Notes: generated by a model from the letters alone, not told the origin. DNA of 63,386 nucleotides, filler included, from Octopus bimaculoides (GCF_001194135.2; 6 parts of 6 records of this genome joined end to end with filler, not necessarily neighbours in it); one strand, 5' to 3'. Shown: positions 28,699-42,715, numbered from the whole stretch's first letter. A program made the numbers and translations.

Positions 28699-29112
28699 CA
28701 TACATATANNNNNNNNNNNNNNNNNNNNNNNNNNNNNNNNNNNNNNNNNNNNTTAATTAATTAANNNNNNNNNNNNNNNNNNNNNNNNNNNNNNNNNNNN
28801 NNNNNNNNGAATTCTTTGGGGTTTGAATAATTCACCCTTGGAAACATGGGTGTTTTGCTGAACATCCTTAAACAAACCTTATTCAGGGACCTTTTGAGCG
28901 GGATGGGTTACTCGACGTGAAGAAAATTCTAACTGGGCCCCACCTGCTAGGTCATGCGCTGTTTAACTTGATATGAGATCACCATGTCGCGCACATATGG
29001 TTGTGATGCATGTGCCTGGTGTACCCTTAACAGACGGGTAGTCATGATGGGCATACTGGGATTCGTATATTTTACCCCAGTGTCATTTTCATGACATGCA
29101 CTGCTCTCTCAC

Positions 29113-29225
<113 letters not shown>

Positions 29226-30661
29226 AAGAAGAAGAAGAGTATTTACTTACACATTATTATTATTCCTTGCCCTGTAATAAGAAATATCGGATTGATGGAT
29301 CGGTGATATGATATTTTGTGATGTTTTGCAATGCAGTGTTAGATTGCTTTAAACATTACATGCTTTGATGTGCTAAAAACATTTCCTCCTGAATATGCAC
29401 TGATGAAATTATATTGCGTGTTACATTCCCGAGAGCCTTTTATGACATCGAATGCAGTACATACTTTACTGGTCTCAGACGTCACCTACACAAACACACT
29501 GAAAATCTTCAACAAAAATACAGCCAGATGAAGTGCGAATCTATTGAGTAAAGTATTTTACATTCATGAAAAATATGGCTGTCGAAAGTGCAAAATATAC
29601 ATAGGAAATGGAGTATACCATTTGAAAGATGGAAGAGTATATATATATATATATATATNNNNNNNNNNNNNNNNNNNNNNNNNNNNNNNNNNNNNNNNNN
29701 NNNNNNNNNNNNNNNNNNNNNNNNNNNNNNNNNNNNNNNNNNNNNNNNNNNNNNNNNNNNNNNNNNNNNNNNNNNNNNNNNNNNNNNNNNNNNNNNNNNN
29801 NNNNNNNNNNNNNNNNNNNNNNNNNNNNNNNNNNNNNNNNNNNNNNNNNNNNNNNNNNNNNNNNNNNNNNNNNNNNNNNNNNNNNNNNNNNNNNNNNNNN
29901 NNNNNNNNNNNNNNNNNNNNNNNNNNNNNNNNNNNNNNNNNNNNNNNNNNNNNNNNNNNNNNNNNNNNNNNNNNNNNNNNNNNNNNNNNNNNNNNNNNNN
30001 NNNNNNNNNNNNNNNNNNNNNNNNNNNNNNNNNNNNNNNNNNNNNNNNNNNNNNNNNNNNNNNNNNNNNNNNNNNNNNNCATAGAACAAAAAACCGGAGG
30101 GGAAAACATAAACAAAACAAGTCTTTAGTTAATCGGATACAATCGTTTCATGGTTAAGAGAATGAAAATTTCTCTATTCCAAATCTTCAGTCCGATATTC
30201 TGATAAATTTGAAAGTGTCTCTAAAAAAAATCACGGTAATTTTTGGCCATGCGACACCAAAAAATCAACGATAAGAAAGGCACTTACGAATTCATCGGCT
30301 AGTGAGTTCAGGCATCCCACCTCAAAGAAATCTATTCCATGTGCGTCACAAATAGTCCCGTATGAAAAAAAGTCCCGTGTGGAGGGATTACGGTTTAACC
30401 ACCTAACTTAGAGGTATCAAATATAAAATATACATATATGTATATATATACGTATGTATGGCTATGCAAGTCTATTTGTCTGCCAGTCGGTCAGTCTGTC
30501 TATCTATCTATCTAACTAACTTTGTATATATAGGTAATGGCGAACTTCTGCTGACTCTTTCGCCACAATTTTCTCTCCCTCTTTACTCCTACATGTAGTA
30601 GCTCACCTGCGACGGACCGACTCTTATGAGCCAGGCATGGCTCGAGAAGGAACAAACAACA

Positions 30662-30711
<50 letters not shown>

Positions 30712-30712
<1 letters not shown>

Positions 30713-31955
30713 TGAGCCATCCCATAAATATTGCGGTTTTTTATACTTTTATTTTTCAAAATTAAGATAAACGAAGTTCTTTTAATCGAGAATATATATT
30801 CTCCTTCATTGTCTACAATGCTCTTCCATCTATCTGATTGGCATGCAAAGCCCCTCTTCCAAAATTCACTTGTCCATGACGAAAAGTATGTCTCCAGTAC
30901 AATTCTGATCTTGTCTACTGAATTCATAATTTTTCCGCCCAAATGACTTTCAAGACTGCGGAATAAATGATAATCAGATGGGGCAGTGTCCGGTAAACAT
31001 GGTGGATGGGACATTGTTTCCCATCCAAAGTGCTTCAGCCTTTTGAATGTCATCCTCTTCGTATGGAAGAACACCTTTCACCTTGAAAACAGCGATAGTC
31101 GTTTTTCTTTTACTGTTGACCGAAGGCGCTCAAGCTGGTTGCAGGAGATCTCCTTTGTTATCGTTTGGTTTGTGTTTAAAACTTCAAAGGGGACTAAACC
31201 CTTTATATTCCACAAAACAGATAACAACAACTTATACGGGTGAAGAACTTATCTAACCTGGGTTGTCGGTGTTCCTCCCTTCCTTACCCACGGTGCTTGA
31301 CATTTTTATAGAGAACCTATTTCTCGTCACCAGTCACTCGTCGGTCCAAAAAAGGTTCATTCATGAGACGTGACAGCAAAGAAGAGCACACATTCACCCT
31401 TTGTGCGCGATTAGCCATGGAGAGTTTGTGAGTAACCCATTAACCCAATATTTTTTTTTACTTATTAGATGGCACGCAGGTGTCGATGAATGATTGACTG
31501 ACAAATGCAAGCTACACTGCTAGGTCCTCAACATTTACGATGGGATTCTGTTCCACTAGGGTTTGCAGGACGTCCTCGTTGAGCTCTATACATCTTCCAG
31601 GACGAAGCTCGTCTTCTAGGCTGTAGCTTCCGGCTCAGAATTTCTGGAATCACCGTTGATACTTGCTTACTCTTCTTGTCATATACTGCATTAATATTCC
31701 TTGCGCTTTCCGTCCGTTGCGGTGGGGCCTTTATTGAACTCATAAAGCAAAATATACCTTTGTTACTTCCATTATAGCTTTGAAAATATAACTGTCAAAC
31801 TGGAACAGCCCTCTTCAAAACTTCCATTACGCATAAATACCAGGTGCAATTCCTACCTGCTTTTATAGCATGTTGATGCAGGTCGTTTATCTCGTCCCAC
31901 AACGATTTCTAGTTCATGCAATTGAAAAAACCGCATTATTTATGGGGTGGCCCAA
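30712..31955 (-). mobile_element. Full-length decayed mariner DNA transposon (about 1.25 kb) with TIRs
   Basis: Left TIR TTGAGCCATCCCATAAATATTGCGGTTTTTT (30712-30742). The right TIR is the reverse complement of TTGGGCCACCCCATAAATAATGCGGTTTTTT (31925-31955). A TA context flanks both, and transposase motifs lie between them. Confidence 0.9.
30782..31772 (-). pseudogene. Mariner DDD transposase pseudogene
   Basis: ATG at 31772. Motifs seen: LYEFNKG..ESARNINAVY (HTH), WVTHKLS (WVPHEL-like), VTGDEK*VLYKNVKHR, HPPCLPDTAPSDYHLFRSL (YSPDLAPSD-like) and RWKSIVDNEGEY. Multiple frameshifts. Confidence 0.9.
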
Positions 31956-32076
31956 GATATACAAACACAGACACACACACACAGATACACACACATAAGC
32001 GAAATGATATATTAAGTAAAATTCTACAGAAACGATTGTAACTACTATTGAGCTAATGTTACATTGATATCTTTGT

Positions 32077-32117
<41 letters not shown>

Positions 32118-33321
32118 NNNNNNNNNNNNNNNNNNNNNNNNNNNNNNNNNNNNNNNNNNNNNNNNNNNNNNNNNNNNNNNNNNNNNNNNNNNNNNNNNNN
32201 NNNNNNNNNNNNNNNNNNNNNNNNNNNNNNNNNNNNNNNNNNNNNNNNNNNNNNNNNNNNNNNNNNNNNNNNNNNNNNNNNNNNNNNNNNNNNNNNNNNN
32301 NNNNNNNNNNNNNNNNNNNNNNNNNNNNNNNNNNNNNNNNNNNNNNNNNNNNNNNNNNNNNNNNNNNNNNNNNNNNNNNNNNNNNNTATATATATATAGG
32401 CGCATGTGTGTGAAGACTATACAATGCCTACATTCAAACATTTATATGCGTGTGCAGGGGCGGTGGGAATTGTATTTACTTGAATGTGTTTACGTGTATA
32501 GATTTGCCAGTATGTACGAAAAAAATTTGTGTATTGTAGAATATCTGAAAAATTACTTAGTCAAAATATAACGCTCTCTAGGAAGAACTTCAAGTAAAAA
32601 AAAATGTAGTATGTCTTCAATTTTTATTGCATTCATAAATGTTTGATAGGTAAATTATCTCCCAAGAGATCTTTCATTCGTTTGAAACCCATTTATCAGC
32701 TTGGGAATATATTGAAAATATTAATATTACTACTACTACTACAACTACTACTAATAGTACTACTACTACTACTACTACTACAAATAATACTACTGAAATT
32801 GCTTCCATTTTGATTATTGACAGTTTCCATTTTCTTACATTTTATTTTAATTTTCAAGTTATATATTAGTATTTAGCACCAGCAATTCTTTTAATATTCC
32901 TTAATATAATGCTAATTTGACTTAAATACGTTTAATATTTTATTCACGCCCCAATGCTACATATCAATCTATATATCTACACTCACACATACATACACAC
33001 GCACACGCGTGCACACGCGTGCACACACTCACACACGTGCGCATACACTCACACAGATACGCACAAGGACACAGGCACATATATATACATATAGGATGCG
33101 ATGAGTAAATTGTCGCCAGTTTATATTTTTCATTTCGCATATGCGCATTAATTGTTTTATCTACATTAACTTACGAAGCTGCCGAACTGCCCCAACTATA
33201 CTGTGTAGTCGACAAAATCAAATACAAGCAAATCGCATGCGTGAAATTAAAAATGTAAACTGGTGACAATTTACACATCGTACCCTGTATACGTATATAT
33301 ATATATAAATATTGTTGTTAT

Positions 33322-33690
33322 TGGCACTGAGTCGGTTACGACGACGTGGGTTCCAGTTGATTCGATCAACGGAACAGCTTGCTTGTGAAATTAACGTGCA
33401 AGTGACTGAGAACTCCACAGACACGTGTACCCTTAACATAGTTCTTGGGGGAGATTCAGCGTGACACAGAGTGTGACAAGACTGGCCCTTTGAAATACAG
33501 GTACAACAGAAACAGGAAGAAAGAGTGAGAGAAAGTTGTGGTGAAAGAGTAAAGCAGGGTTCGCCACCACCCTCTGCTGGGGTCTCATGGAGCTTTTTAG
33601 GTGCTTTTCGCTCAATAAACACTCACAATGCCCGGTCTGGGAATTGAAACCGCGAGTCCACTGCCCTAAACACTGGGCCATTGCATCTCT
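33322..33690 (-). mobile_element. tRNA-derived SINE, family A
   Basis: Aligns with 5462-5763 (GGTTACGACGACG...CCCTTTGAAATACAGGTA...GGAATTGAAACC). Confidence 0.85.
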
Positions 33691-34430
33691 ACTATATNNN
33701 NNNNNNNNNNNNNNNNNNNNNNNNNNNNNNNNNNNNNNNNNNNNNNNNNNNNNNNNNNNNNNNNNNNNNNNNNNNNNNNNNNNNNNNNNNNNNNNNNNNN
33801 NNNNNNNNNNNNNNNNNNNNNNNNNNNNNNNNNNNNNNNNNNNNNNNNNNNNNNNNNNNNNNNNNNNNNNNNNNNNNNNNNNNNNNNNNNNNNNNNNNNN
33901 NNNNNNNNNNNNNNNNNNNNNNNNNNNNNNNNNNNNNNNNNNNNNNNNNNNNNNNNNNNNNNNNNNNNNNNNNNNNNNNNNNNNNNNNNNNNNNNNNNNN
34001 NNNNNNNNNNNNNNNNNNNNNNNNNNNNNNNNNNNNNNNNNNNNNNNNNNNNNNNNNNNNNNNNNNNNNNNNNNNNNNNNNNNNNNNNNNNNNNNNNNNN
34101 NNNNNNNNNNNNNNNNNNNNNNNNNNNNNNNNNNNNNNNNNNNNNNNNNNNNNNNNNNNNNNNNNNNNNNNNAAAGATACCCCATTTCCCACCCGATAAA
34201 CATTTAAATTCAAATTAAAAGAACTGTCGACTTGTATTAGTTCTTATAACTTGCAATGCTTACGATTAAAAAACAATGTTTAAGTACTTAGTTATATAGA
34301 GGCTTAATTCGTAAAAGTCAATTTATTTTGTTTTGCGAATTGTTTTGGAGGTGTGAACGTTTGATGACTTCAAAATCATTTGTTCCAATAATATGTTTGT
34401 GTATGTGCGCGCGAACGTCTGTGTGTGTTT

Positions 34431-34476
<46 letters not shown>

Positions 34477-35184
34477 TGTGTGTGAGTGTGCTTGTGCTCT
34501 GCATGCAATTCTGTGAACGTGTAAGTGTTAGACAATTCGATACCTCTCTGATTTCATTATTTATTCACTTTGCTAAGAGGTTAACTTGTTTAATTCTAAA
34601 GAATGTTATAATTTATAATGGTGTTTCACATTTCATCTGCAGATCATTTCGATAATTTCTTTGAATGTAATTATTTTAAGAGATATTGGAAGAGAAATGT
34701 AGGTCGGAGTTGAGAACGAGTGTGATATCCAGAGACGGAAGATTCTGGAGGTGGAGTTAAAAAAGAGAAAAGGAAAGGGGGTGATAGAAAATGATTGTAT
34801 TGTATAGAAAGCTGAAGAGAGGAGTGGTGAGAGAGAAAGAGAGAGAGAGAGAGAGAGACGATGAAGGAGAGAGTAAAGTACAATACACAATGAACACATA
34901 AAAAAACTGCGGTTATATGAGAGATGCTTGCTCAAATTGTAGCTGGGTGGCGAGTGATTTGAGGAATTCGAAGAAAGTTAATAAGGAAAATAATAAGGAG
35001 ATTGTTGCTTGTAAAAGTTGGGCGTAAAAATAATTAGAGTGAAACAGACAGGAGACAATGGATGATAGAAATGTAAAGGATAAAGTGTCAGAAAGTAAAC
35101 GACAAACGGAAAAAAACCAAGAGGTGAAATAGGTGGTAACAAAAAAGTGCAATTGACCTTTTACATTCAGGAATGGAGAGTGTC

Positions 35185-35234
<50 letters not shown>

Positions 35235-35392
35235 AGAAGAAGAAGAAGAAGAGGAGGAGAAGGAGGAGGGTCAGTAGCAGCAGCTACATTATTATTATTA
35301 CTGATAGATGTCGAATATTATGCAATATTGTTGATTGAAAATATTGTGTTTAACCGGGGGATTGTACTGTTTGTCAAGTCACAACATAGTCC

Positions 35393-35500
35393 TCAGACAG
35401 ACAATACTTTACGCAATATGCGTGCAGTTCCAAGTAGTGCCAAATTTCGCAATACACCTAGATTGTAGGGTATTTCTAAAGTTTTCAGATGCTTTTTTTT
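35393..35500 (-). mobile_element. Extreme C-terminus of an RLE-type LINE
   Basis: KHLKTLEIPYNLGVLRNLALLGTARILRKVLSV*; the LLGTARILRKVL terminus is typical of this class. Confidence 0.7.
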
Positions 35501-36158
35501 TTTAGATTGGATGGTAATGAACCCAATGCTCCGATGACAACAGAGATAACCTTTATGTTTGATTCTCGTAGCTGCCACACCTTAGCGAACAAATTAAATT
35601 CAGAGAGCCGAACAAAATCAAAAATATTAATTCTATTTTCTCCTTTTCCTTAATACTAACAAGAGCATTGTATGAGAGAGATTTGGCTGTTATTTCTAGC
35701 AAATTGAATAACCACAGAGGGTTGTTCAATTGGCTCATTTGTTGATGTGTATGAATAAACAAAAACTAAAAGACACACACACACACATAGATAGCCCTTA
35801 GCTACACATAAGACAAAATGTTAGAAAGACAGGTCAGTTATTCCTCTACAATTTTTGTAAATTCTTAAATATATCTCCTTCTGTATATATATATATATNN
35901 NNNNNNNNNNNNNNNNNNNNNNNNNNNNNNNNNNNNNNNNNNTTAATTAATTAANNNNNNNNNNNNNNNNNNNNNNNNNNNNNNNNNNNNNNNNNNNNTA
36001 ATGTCTTATGTTTAAGATGATTCCCATGCTTTCCCTGATGAGAAGGTTACAATTTTAATATCAAAGATCCTTATGGATCACACAGGTTGTAATCCTTTGA
36101 AACATATGTAGGAATAAAGTATGCAATTATAACATGCGTTTTCTCCAATCCTTAAATT

Positions 36159-36201
<43 letters not shown>

Positions 36202-36248
36202 CACCTTGTAATCTTATTCTTACACTAATATATGTGTGTGTATGTGCA

Positions 36249-36287
<39 letters not shown>

Positions 36288-37419
36288 CAATGTATGTATA
36301 TGTATGTATATGTATGCATACATGTGTGTGTGTGCATGCATGTGTGTGTTTGTGTGTAGGGGTCACAATTTGGTGGTATGAATTCATGTGATATTTAATG
36401 GTGTGCATGAATGTAAATAACCGGATACAAATGGATGTTTATATGTCTGCATTCAAGTGTAACATACAAAGTTTGACACTTATTATTTGGAATTGGGTTA
36501 CTTTGTTATTCTTTCACCTAAAACATCTTTTTTTTTGCTGAGTTTATTGTGGGTGCGGTAAAAAAAAAAACCAAACAAACAAATAGGCAAAACTATGTTA
36601 TGTATGGAGAAAAGAAATTAAGATTTCTAATTTAAGCACAGACCTTCAACTGTGGAAGACATGACACAACATAGCTGTATTGAAATAGGACATAGAGAGA
36701 CACAATTCAGCGATGAAAGATATTTTGGTGACTTCTTGTCAACAACATTTATTGCAACTGAATTTTATCTAAGTCAGATATTAGCCATCCTCATCACTAT
36801 AAAATTCCACTTGGTGAAGGCAAAAGGTTAATTCAATCCAAGCAGAATAATGTTAGGTTGCATCCACATCCCAACAATTTGACAAAAGAAATCAAAAGAA
36901 CAAGTTCCAAAGATAAGTGCCGGTGTTGATTCATTCAATTAAAAATTTCTCCAAGTTGGTGCCCCAGCATGGCTTCAGTCTCATGACTGAAACAAGCAAA
37001 AAGAAAAAAAAAGAGGATAAAACCATCAAGGTCACTACAAATCAATGAGAATTTCTTTTGACAAATGTTCAACTTCAACATAGCAAAGATTACATCTCAA
37101 AAACAGGTCTTAAAAGAAAATAACAAATTTCAATCTTCTCTTGTATGCTCCATAGTTTTTATACCCCATGGATGTTACTACACTCTACAGGCATTCTAGA
37201 TTGAACCCCCAAATTCATGTAACTGATTGGCATAAAATTGCTCACCAACACACTCCAACTGCTGGCTCACAGACGTTCTGCTGATACTGTAATGGTCTTG
37301 TCTCCTCAAAGCTGATTATGCTCACATTTCCTCCACTCATGACTCACTTATGTCTTCTCATCACCAATATTCTGTGTCCCTGACAAGGTCCAATACTAAA
37401 AAATATACTGGGTCCTTCT

Positions 37420-37600
37420 CTAGAATATCGGTTTCAAATTTTGACAAAAGGCCAACATTTTCAAGGGAGGAGTTAGTTGGTTACATTGACCCCAGTACTG
37501 GACTGGTATTCATTTTATCGACCCCAAAAGGATGACAGGAAAAGTTGACCTTGGTGGAATTTGAATCAGAGCATAAAGATGGAGGAAATGCTGCTATGTC
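37420..37600 (-). mobile_element. SINE family C, diverged
   Basis: GACCCCAGTACTGGACTGGTATTCATTTTATCGACCCCAAAAGGATGA...GGTGGAATTTGAATC. Confidence 0.7.
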
Positions 37601-37604
37601 TACC

Positions 37605-37712
37605 AAATCCTCCTATAAAGTTTTGGTCAGCCCAGGGCTATAGTTGAAGACACCTGCCCAAGGTGCCACACAGCAGGACCAAAGACAAGCCTCCTACCAC
37701 ACAGCCACACCT
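37605..37712 (-). mobile_element. SINE family B fragment
   Basis: CTATAGTTGAAGACACCTGCCCAAGGTGCCACACAG...ACCACACAGCCAC. Confidence 0.65.
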
Positions 37713-38029
37713 GTGCCTTTTTATTTTCTCTACTTTTTCACAGACCCAGTTGGTGTATTGTTGATCCTTGTGGTTTCCCCAGATCAAAATATTTATGAAA
37801 AATGGAGGTAGCAGGGAAACAATTACAAAATATATTAATAAATACATAAATGAATAAATAAAAATAAAAACAAAATTAAATAAAAATAATAAAAGGATCA
37901 TCTCAAAGTATTCAGACTTAATTCTCTCCTAATTTAGATGATGACAATGACGACGATGATGATGGTGATGGTGATGATGAGGATCATGATGCTGATGATG
38001 AGACTATGAATATTGTCCAACAGACTGGA

Positions 38030-38125
38030 GTCTGGTGCAGTCTTCCACCATGCCAGCCCAGTCAAACTGTCCAACCCATGCCAGCACGGACAATGGACGT
38101 TAAATGATGATGGTGATGATGATCC
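38030..38125 (+). mobile_element. RTE-type 3' tail fragment
   Basis: GTCCAACCCATGCCAGCACGGACAATGGACGTTAAATGATGATG, recognised from memory as an RTE/SINE 3' end terminating in (GAT)n. Confidence 0.5.
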
Positions 38126-38875
38126 TTGCTCATGGTCTCCTGCCAGTTGGCTCAGCTTGAAGAATTCATCTTGCTATTCTTTCTACGACATTCTAATCAT
38201 ATGTCTGTGGTACCAGAGCTGTGACCATTCAATGTGGAGAAACAGTGGTTTGACTAGCAGAGACTCTTTCATTTCTGACCTATGTACTCTGTGGAGATCC
38301 TTCAGACAAACCCCATTTTAACCTCTTGCATTCACAATCCTGCTCTTATGGTCATTTTCCAATCCTGCTCTTATGGTCATTCATGACTATAATAAATAAT
38401 AAATAATATATAATATGAGTATTCAAAGACAGTTGCTCCCATAAATTCTACAATAAAATTTCAGATTTATGGAGGGTCAAAGTTGGGAACAAAAACATGA
38501 CAGTAGAGACATACAAGGAAACCAAACGAAAACAAACACGGAGGGTCATTAGACCAGAATGAGAGGAAAGTAGTGAGCACTGGGAGAAACATTTTTGTTT
38601 TTAAAGAGAAAAGATAGAAGAGAGAGGAAAAAACACATCTGCTCTTTTAAACATCCATGCAGGAGAAGAGAGATGGTCATTATAGATGAAGATAAGCACA
38701 AAAACAGAATTGAAGACACAAATTGTTTCATAAATAAACACAATATCCAAGGAGTAGAAGTGATAGTTTATACTAGTGAAACATCTACAGGCTTCCAAAC
38801 ATGCATGTGTGTGTGTGTGTAAATATATATATATGCATATATATGTGTGTGTATATAATATTTGTATATATATAT

Positions 38876-39113
38876 AGGTGATACACGAAGGAGTCATACC
38901 CAATGACTGGTGTAGCAGCATCATAGTCAACTGCTACAAAGGTAAAGGTGACGCTTTAGATACAAATAATTACAGAGGCATCAAGCTGTTAGATCAGGTT
39001 ATGAAAGTTACAGAGAGGGTCATAGCCCAACTAATTAGGGAGCGAATCAATTTAGGTGAGATGCAGTTTGGGTTCGTGCCAGGTAAAAGCACTACTGATG
39101 CCTTATTTCTAGT
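38876..39113 (+). mobile_element. RTE LINE RT fragment
   Basis: VIPNDWCSSIIVNCYKGKGDALDTNNYRGIKLLDQVMKVTERVIAQLIRERINLGEMQFGFVPGKSTTDALFL; ends at a gap. Confidence 0.9.
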
Positions 39114-39213
39114 NNNNNNNNNNNNNNNNNNNNNNNNNNNNNNNNNNNNNNNNNNNNTTAATTAATTAANNNNNNNNNNNNNNNNNNNNNNNNNNNNNNN
39201 NNNNNNNNNNNNN

Positions 39214-41263
39214 AGAAACAACAAAATTTGAAAATGCGAATTTCATGTTTTCCAGTCGTTTTTTGACACTTTTAGATAGATTTCATTTTTGCAAAAACCA
39301 CTTTTCAATTTGAAGTCTAGTGGGTTAATATAAGCTAGATGGTTGATGAAAACATTATATTTATCAAAGAGTTCACTGAAGTCACAACCATTTTCACAAA
39401 GCTCAAAATCAGAAAATTTGCAAATAACCATGAAAAACCAACAAAACTTGAAAATGCTTATTTCGTGATTTCCAGTCGGTTTTTGACACTTTTAGATAGT
39501 TTTCATTTTTACAAAAACCACTTTTCATTTTGAAGTCTAGTGGGATAATATAGGCTAATACCATTATTCTCTCTTTCTACCCATCACACTTGTTAACCAT
39601 TCTTTGTCCATTAATATTGTTCTCCACACCCACTTGATGAAAACATCATATTTATCAAAGAGTTCACTGAAGTCACAACCATTTTCACAAAGCTCAAAAT
39701 CAGAAAATTTGCAAATAACTATGAAAACACAACAAAATTTGAAAATGCGATATTCCTGTTTTCCTGTCGTTTTTTGATACTTTTAGATAGTTTTCATTTT
39801 TGCAAAAACCACTTTTCAATTTGAAGTCTAGTGGGTTAATATAGGCAACATGGTTGATGAAAACATAATATTTATCAAAGAGTTCACATTTTTCACAAAC
39901 TTTTCCACAAAACTCAAAATCACAAAATTCTGCAAATAAACATGAAAAAACAACAAAATTTTAAAATGCGAATTTCATGTTTTCCAGTCGTTTTTTAAAA
40001 ATTTTAGATGGTTTTCATTTTTGCTAAAGCCACTTTTCATTTTAAAGTCTAATGGATTAATGTAGGCTACATTGTTGATGAAAACATTATATTTATCAAA
40101 GAGTTCACCGAAGTCACAACCTTTTTCACAAAACTCAAGCTGCCAAATTTTGCAAATAACCATGAAAAACCAACAAAATTTTAAAATGCGAATTTCGTGT
40201 TTTCCAGTCGTTTTTTCAAACTTTTAGATAATATTCATTTTTCAAAAAGCACTTTTCATTTGGAAGTCTAATGGATTATAATATAGGCTAGTTTGTTGAT
40301 GAAAACATTATATTTATCAAAAAGTTCACCGAAGTCACAACCATTTTCACAAAACTCAAAATCACATTCGTATTTTCCAGTCGTTTTTTCACACTTTTAG
40401 ATAGTTTTCATGTTTCAAAAAGCACTTTTCATTTGGAAGTCTAATGGATTAATATTTAGATAGTTTTCATTTTTGCAAAAACCACATTTCATTTTAAAGT
40501 CTAGTGGGTTAATATAGGCAAGATGGTTGATGAAAACATTATATTTATCAAAGAGTTCACCGAAGTCACAATCTTGGTCACGAACCTCAAAATCACAAAA
40601 CTTTGCAAATAAGCATGAAAACACAACAAAATTTGGAAATGCAAGTTTCGTGTTTTCCAGTCATTTTTTGACACTTTTAGATAGTTTTCATTTTTGCAAA
40701 AAAACACTTTTCATTTTGAAGTCTAGAGGATTATTATAGGCTAGATGGTTGATTAAAACATTATATGTATCAAATAATTGACAAAAGTCACAACCTTTTT
40801 CACACAACTCAAAATCACAAAATTTTGCAAATAACCATGAAAAGGCAACAAAATTTGAAAATGCGATATTCGTGTTTTCCTGTCGTTCCTTGAAGCCTTT
40901 AGATGGTTTTCGTTTTTGCAAAAATCACTATTCACTTTGAAGTCTAGTGGGAAAATATAAGCTAGATGGTTGATGAAAACATTATATTTATCAAAGAGTT
41001 CACTGAAGTCACAACCATTTTCACAAAACTCAAACTGCCAAACTTTGCAAATAACCATGAAAAACCAACAAAATTTGAAAATGCGAATTTCGTGTTTTCC
41101 AGTCCTTTTTTTCACACTTTTAGACAGTTTTCATTTTTCAAAAAGCACTTTTCATTTAGAAGTCTAATGGATTAATATTTAGATAGTTTTCATTTTTGCT
41201 AAAACCACATTTCATTTTGAAGTCTACTGGGTTAATATGGGCTAGATGGTTGATGAAAACATT
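39214..41263. repeat. Tandem satellite, unit about 221 bp, about 9-10 diverged copies
   Basis: The anchor GTTGATGAAAAC recurs at 39342, ~39633, 39853, 40074, 40295, 40526, 40748, 40969 and 41249. Spacings are 221-222 where the unit is intact. Gaps bound it on both sides. Confidence 0.95.
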
Positions 41264-41574
41264 NNNNNNNNNNNNNNNNNNNNNNNNNNNNNNNNNNNNN
41301 NNNNNNNNNNNNNNNNNNNNNNNNNNNNNNNNNNNNNNNNNNNNNNNNNNNNNNNNNNNNNNNTATATATATATATATATATATATATGCACATACATAT
41401 ACATATATATATAAGAATCTATTAAGGAAACAGAAGATGGACTCGATATAACTCTTTATTTTGTATGATGACCATTTTGCCCCATCCTGTGACTGTCCTG
41501 TATGGGTGAGATGCTGTGCATCATAATGTGTTGTGTTAATTTTGCAGTCTGAGTCACACCAGGTACATTCATAC

Positions 41575-41705
41575 AACTGCTACAAAGGTAAAAGTGATGC
41601 CTCAGACAAATAATTACAGAGGTATCAAACTGTTGGATCAGGTGATGAAAGTGATGGTGAGGGTTATAGCCCAACTAATTAGGAAGAAAGTTAGGCTAGA
41701 TAAGG
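41575..41705 (+). mobile_element. RTE LINE RT fragment
   Basis: NCYKGKSDA...NNYRGIKLLDQVMKVMVRVIAQLIRKKV. Confidence 0.85.
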
Positions 41706-42445
41706 TAAAATTCTTGCCACATAATTACCACACTTATATTACATGTTGGAATTTTACTGGCCATTTCCTCAAACTAGCAAGATCTGGCTTCTCACACCTA
41801 TTCTACAATGTCATTCTAAAATTAAACAATCTCATAATAAAAATCTTGAAGTTGAGATAATGCATAATTGATTCAAAGCAATGTGAGTAAATTAGCTTTA
41901 CATTTGACAGAGTAATCTGAATGCTAAAGGGTTAAAGTGCAGTCACTGCTTATGGTGGTGAAAGTTTCACTATGCAATATTTATTTAGAACTTGGTAGAT
42001 TCATCTATTGGGAGTTAAGTGTCTTGGCCATCAATGTTGTAGTGATATGAATTGCTGTACTATGAATTGGTTGTCTACTACTTTCTGAACATAGTCGTTG
42101 TCCATATGCTTATTATAAAACGATACAAAATATGAAATGCTCAGGAATCTGAAATCACTCTAACATTAACCCTATCACTGAAATATATAATAGTCGGCAG
42201 TGATATATGTTAATAGTTTTGCTGCTGTAGTAGTAGGTCTGATGATATGGTAGCAGTTGTAGTGTTGTGTAGAACTGAAGTGATGTAAGATACTTTGTGT
42301 TATATTCTGTGAACTCTTCCTGTCCCACATTAGCAGTAGGACAAGTAAAGAAAAATGACAGAGTTACTGAACATAAAACTGATTGTTGTTGAGATTGAAT
42401 AACTCTTCTGAGTAGGCTTTATGCATATTAGTAGCTATGGATTAA

Positions 42446-42715
42446 TGTAAAAGATATGCTGTAGAATTGAGCTGAAGTTGTGGTGAAGGTGGAAGCGGGA
42501 GAGTAGGTAGGCCCTGTTTGGAGTCCCTGAGGACGGAAGTATTCAAGAGAGCATGCGCAGCAGGGACAGGAAGGGGGCAGAGTGCAGCCAGACAGCATGA
42601 AGTCAAGACGTGTATGTACGACCAACAGAAGAAAAAGACCATGTGGGTGGTGAGAGAACACTCCCTCCAAATCAACAGAAATTCTCTTTTTTCTTAATTT
42701 CCCCTTCATACCACA
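42446..42715 (+). repeat. 5' LTR of the Gypsy element
   Basis: Shares ATTGAGCTGAAG...GTCCCTGAGGACGGAAGT...GTACGACCAACAGAAGAAAA...CTCCCTCCAAA with the 3' copy. A degenerate PBS-like TGGCTCATTGC follows at 42724. The left boundary is approximate. Confidence 0.85.

Noticed and set aside
39214-41263. CRISPR-like array or repetitive protein ORFs
   Set aside because: The whole unit is repeated with no unique spacers, and the ORFs are short and inconsistent.
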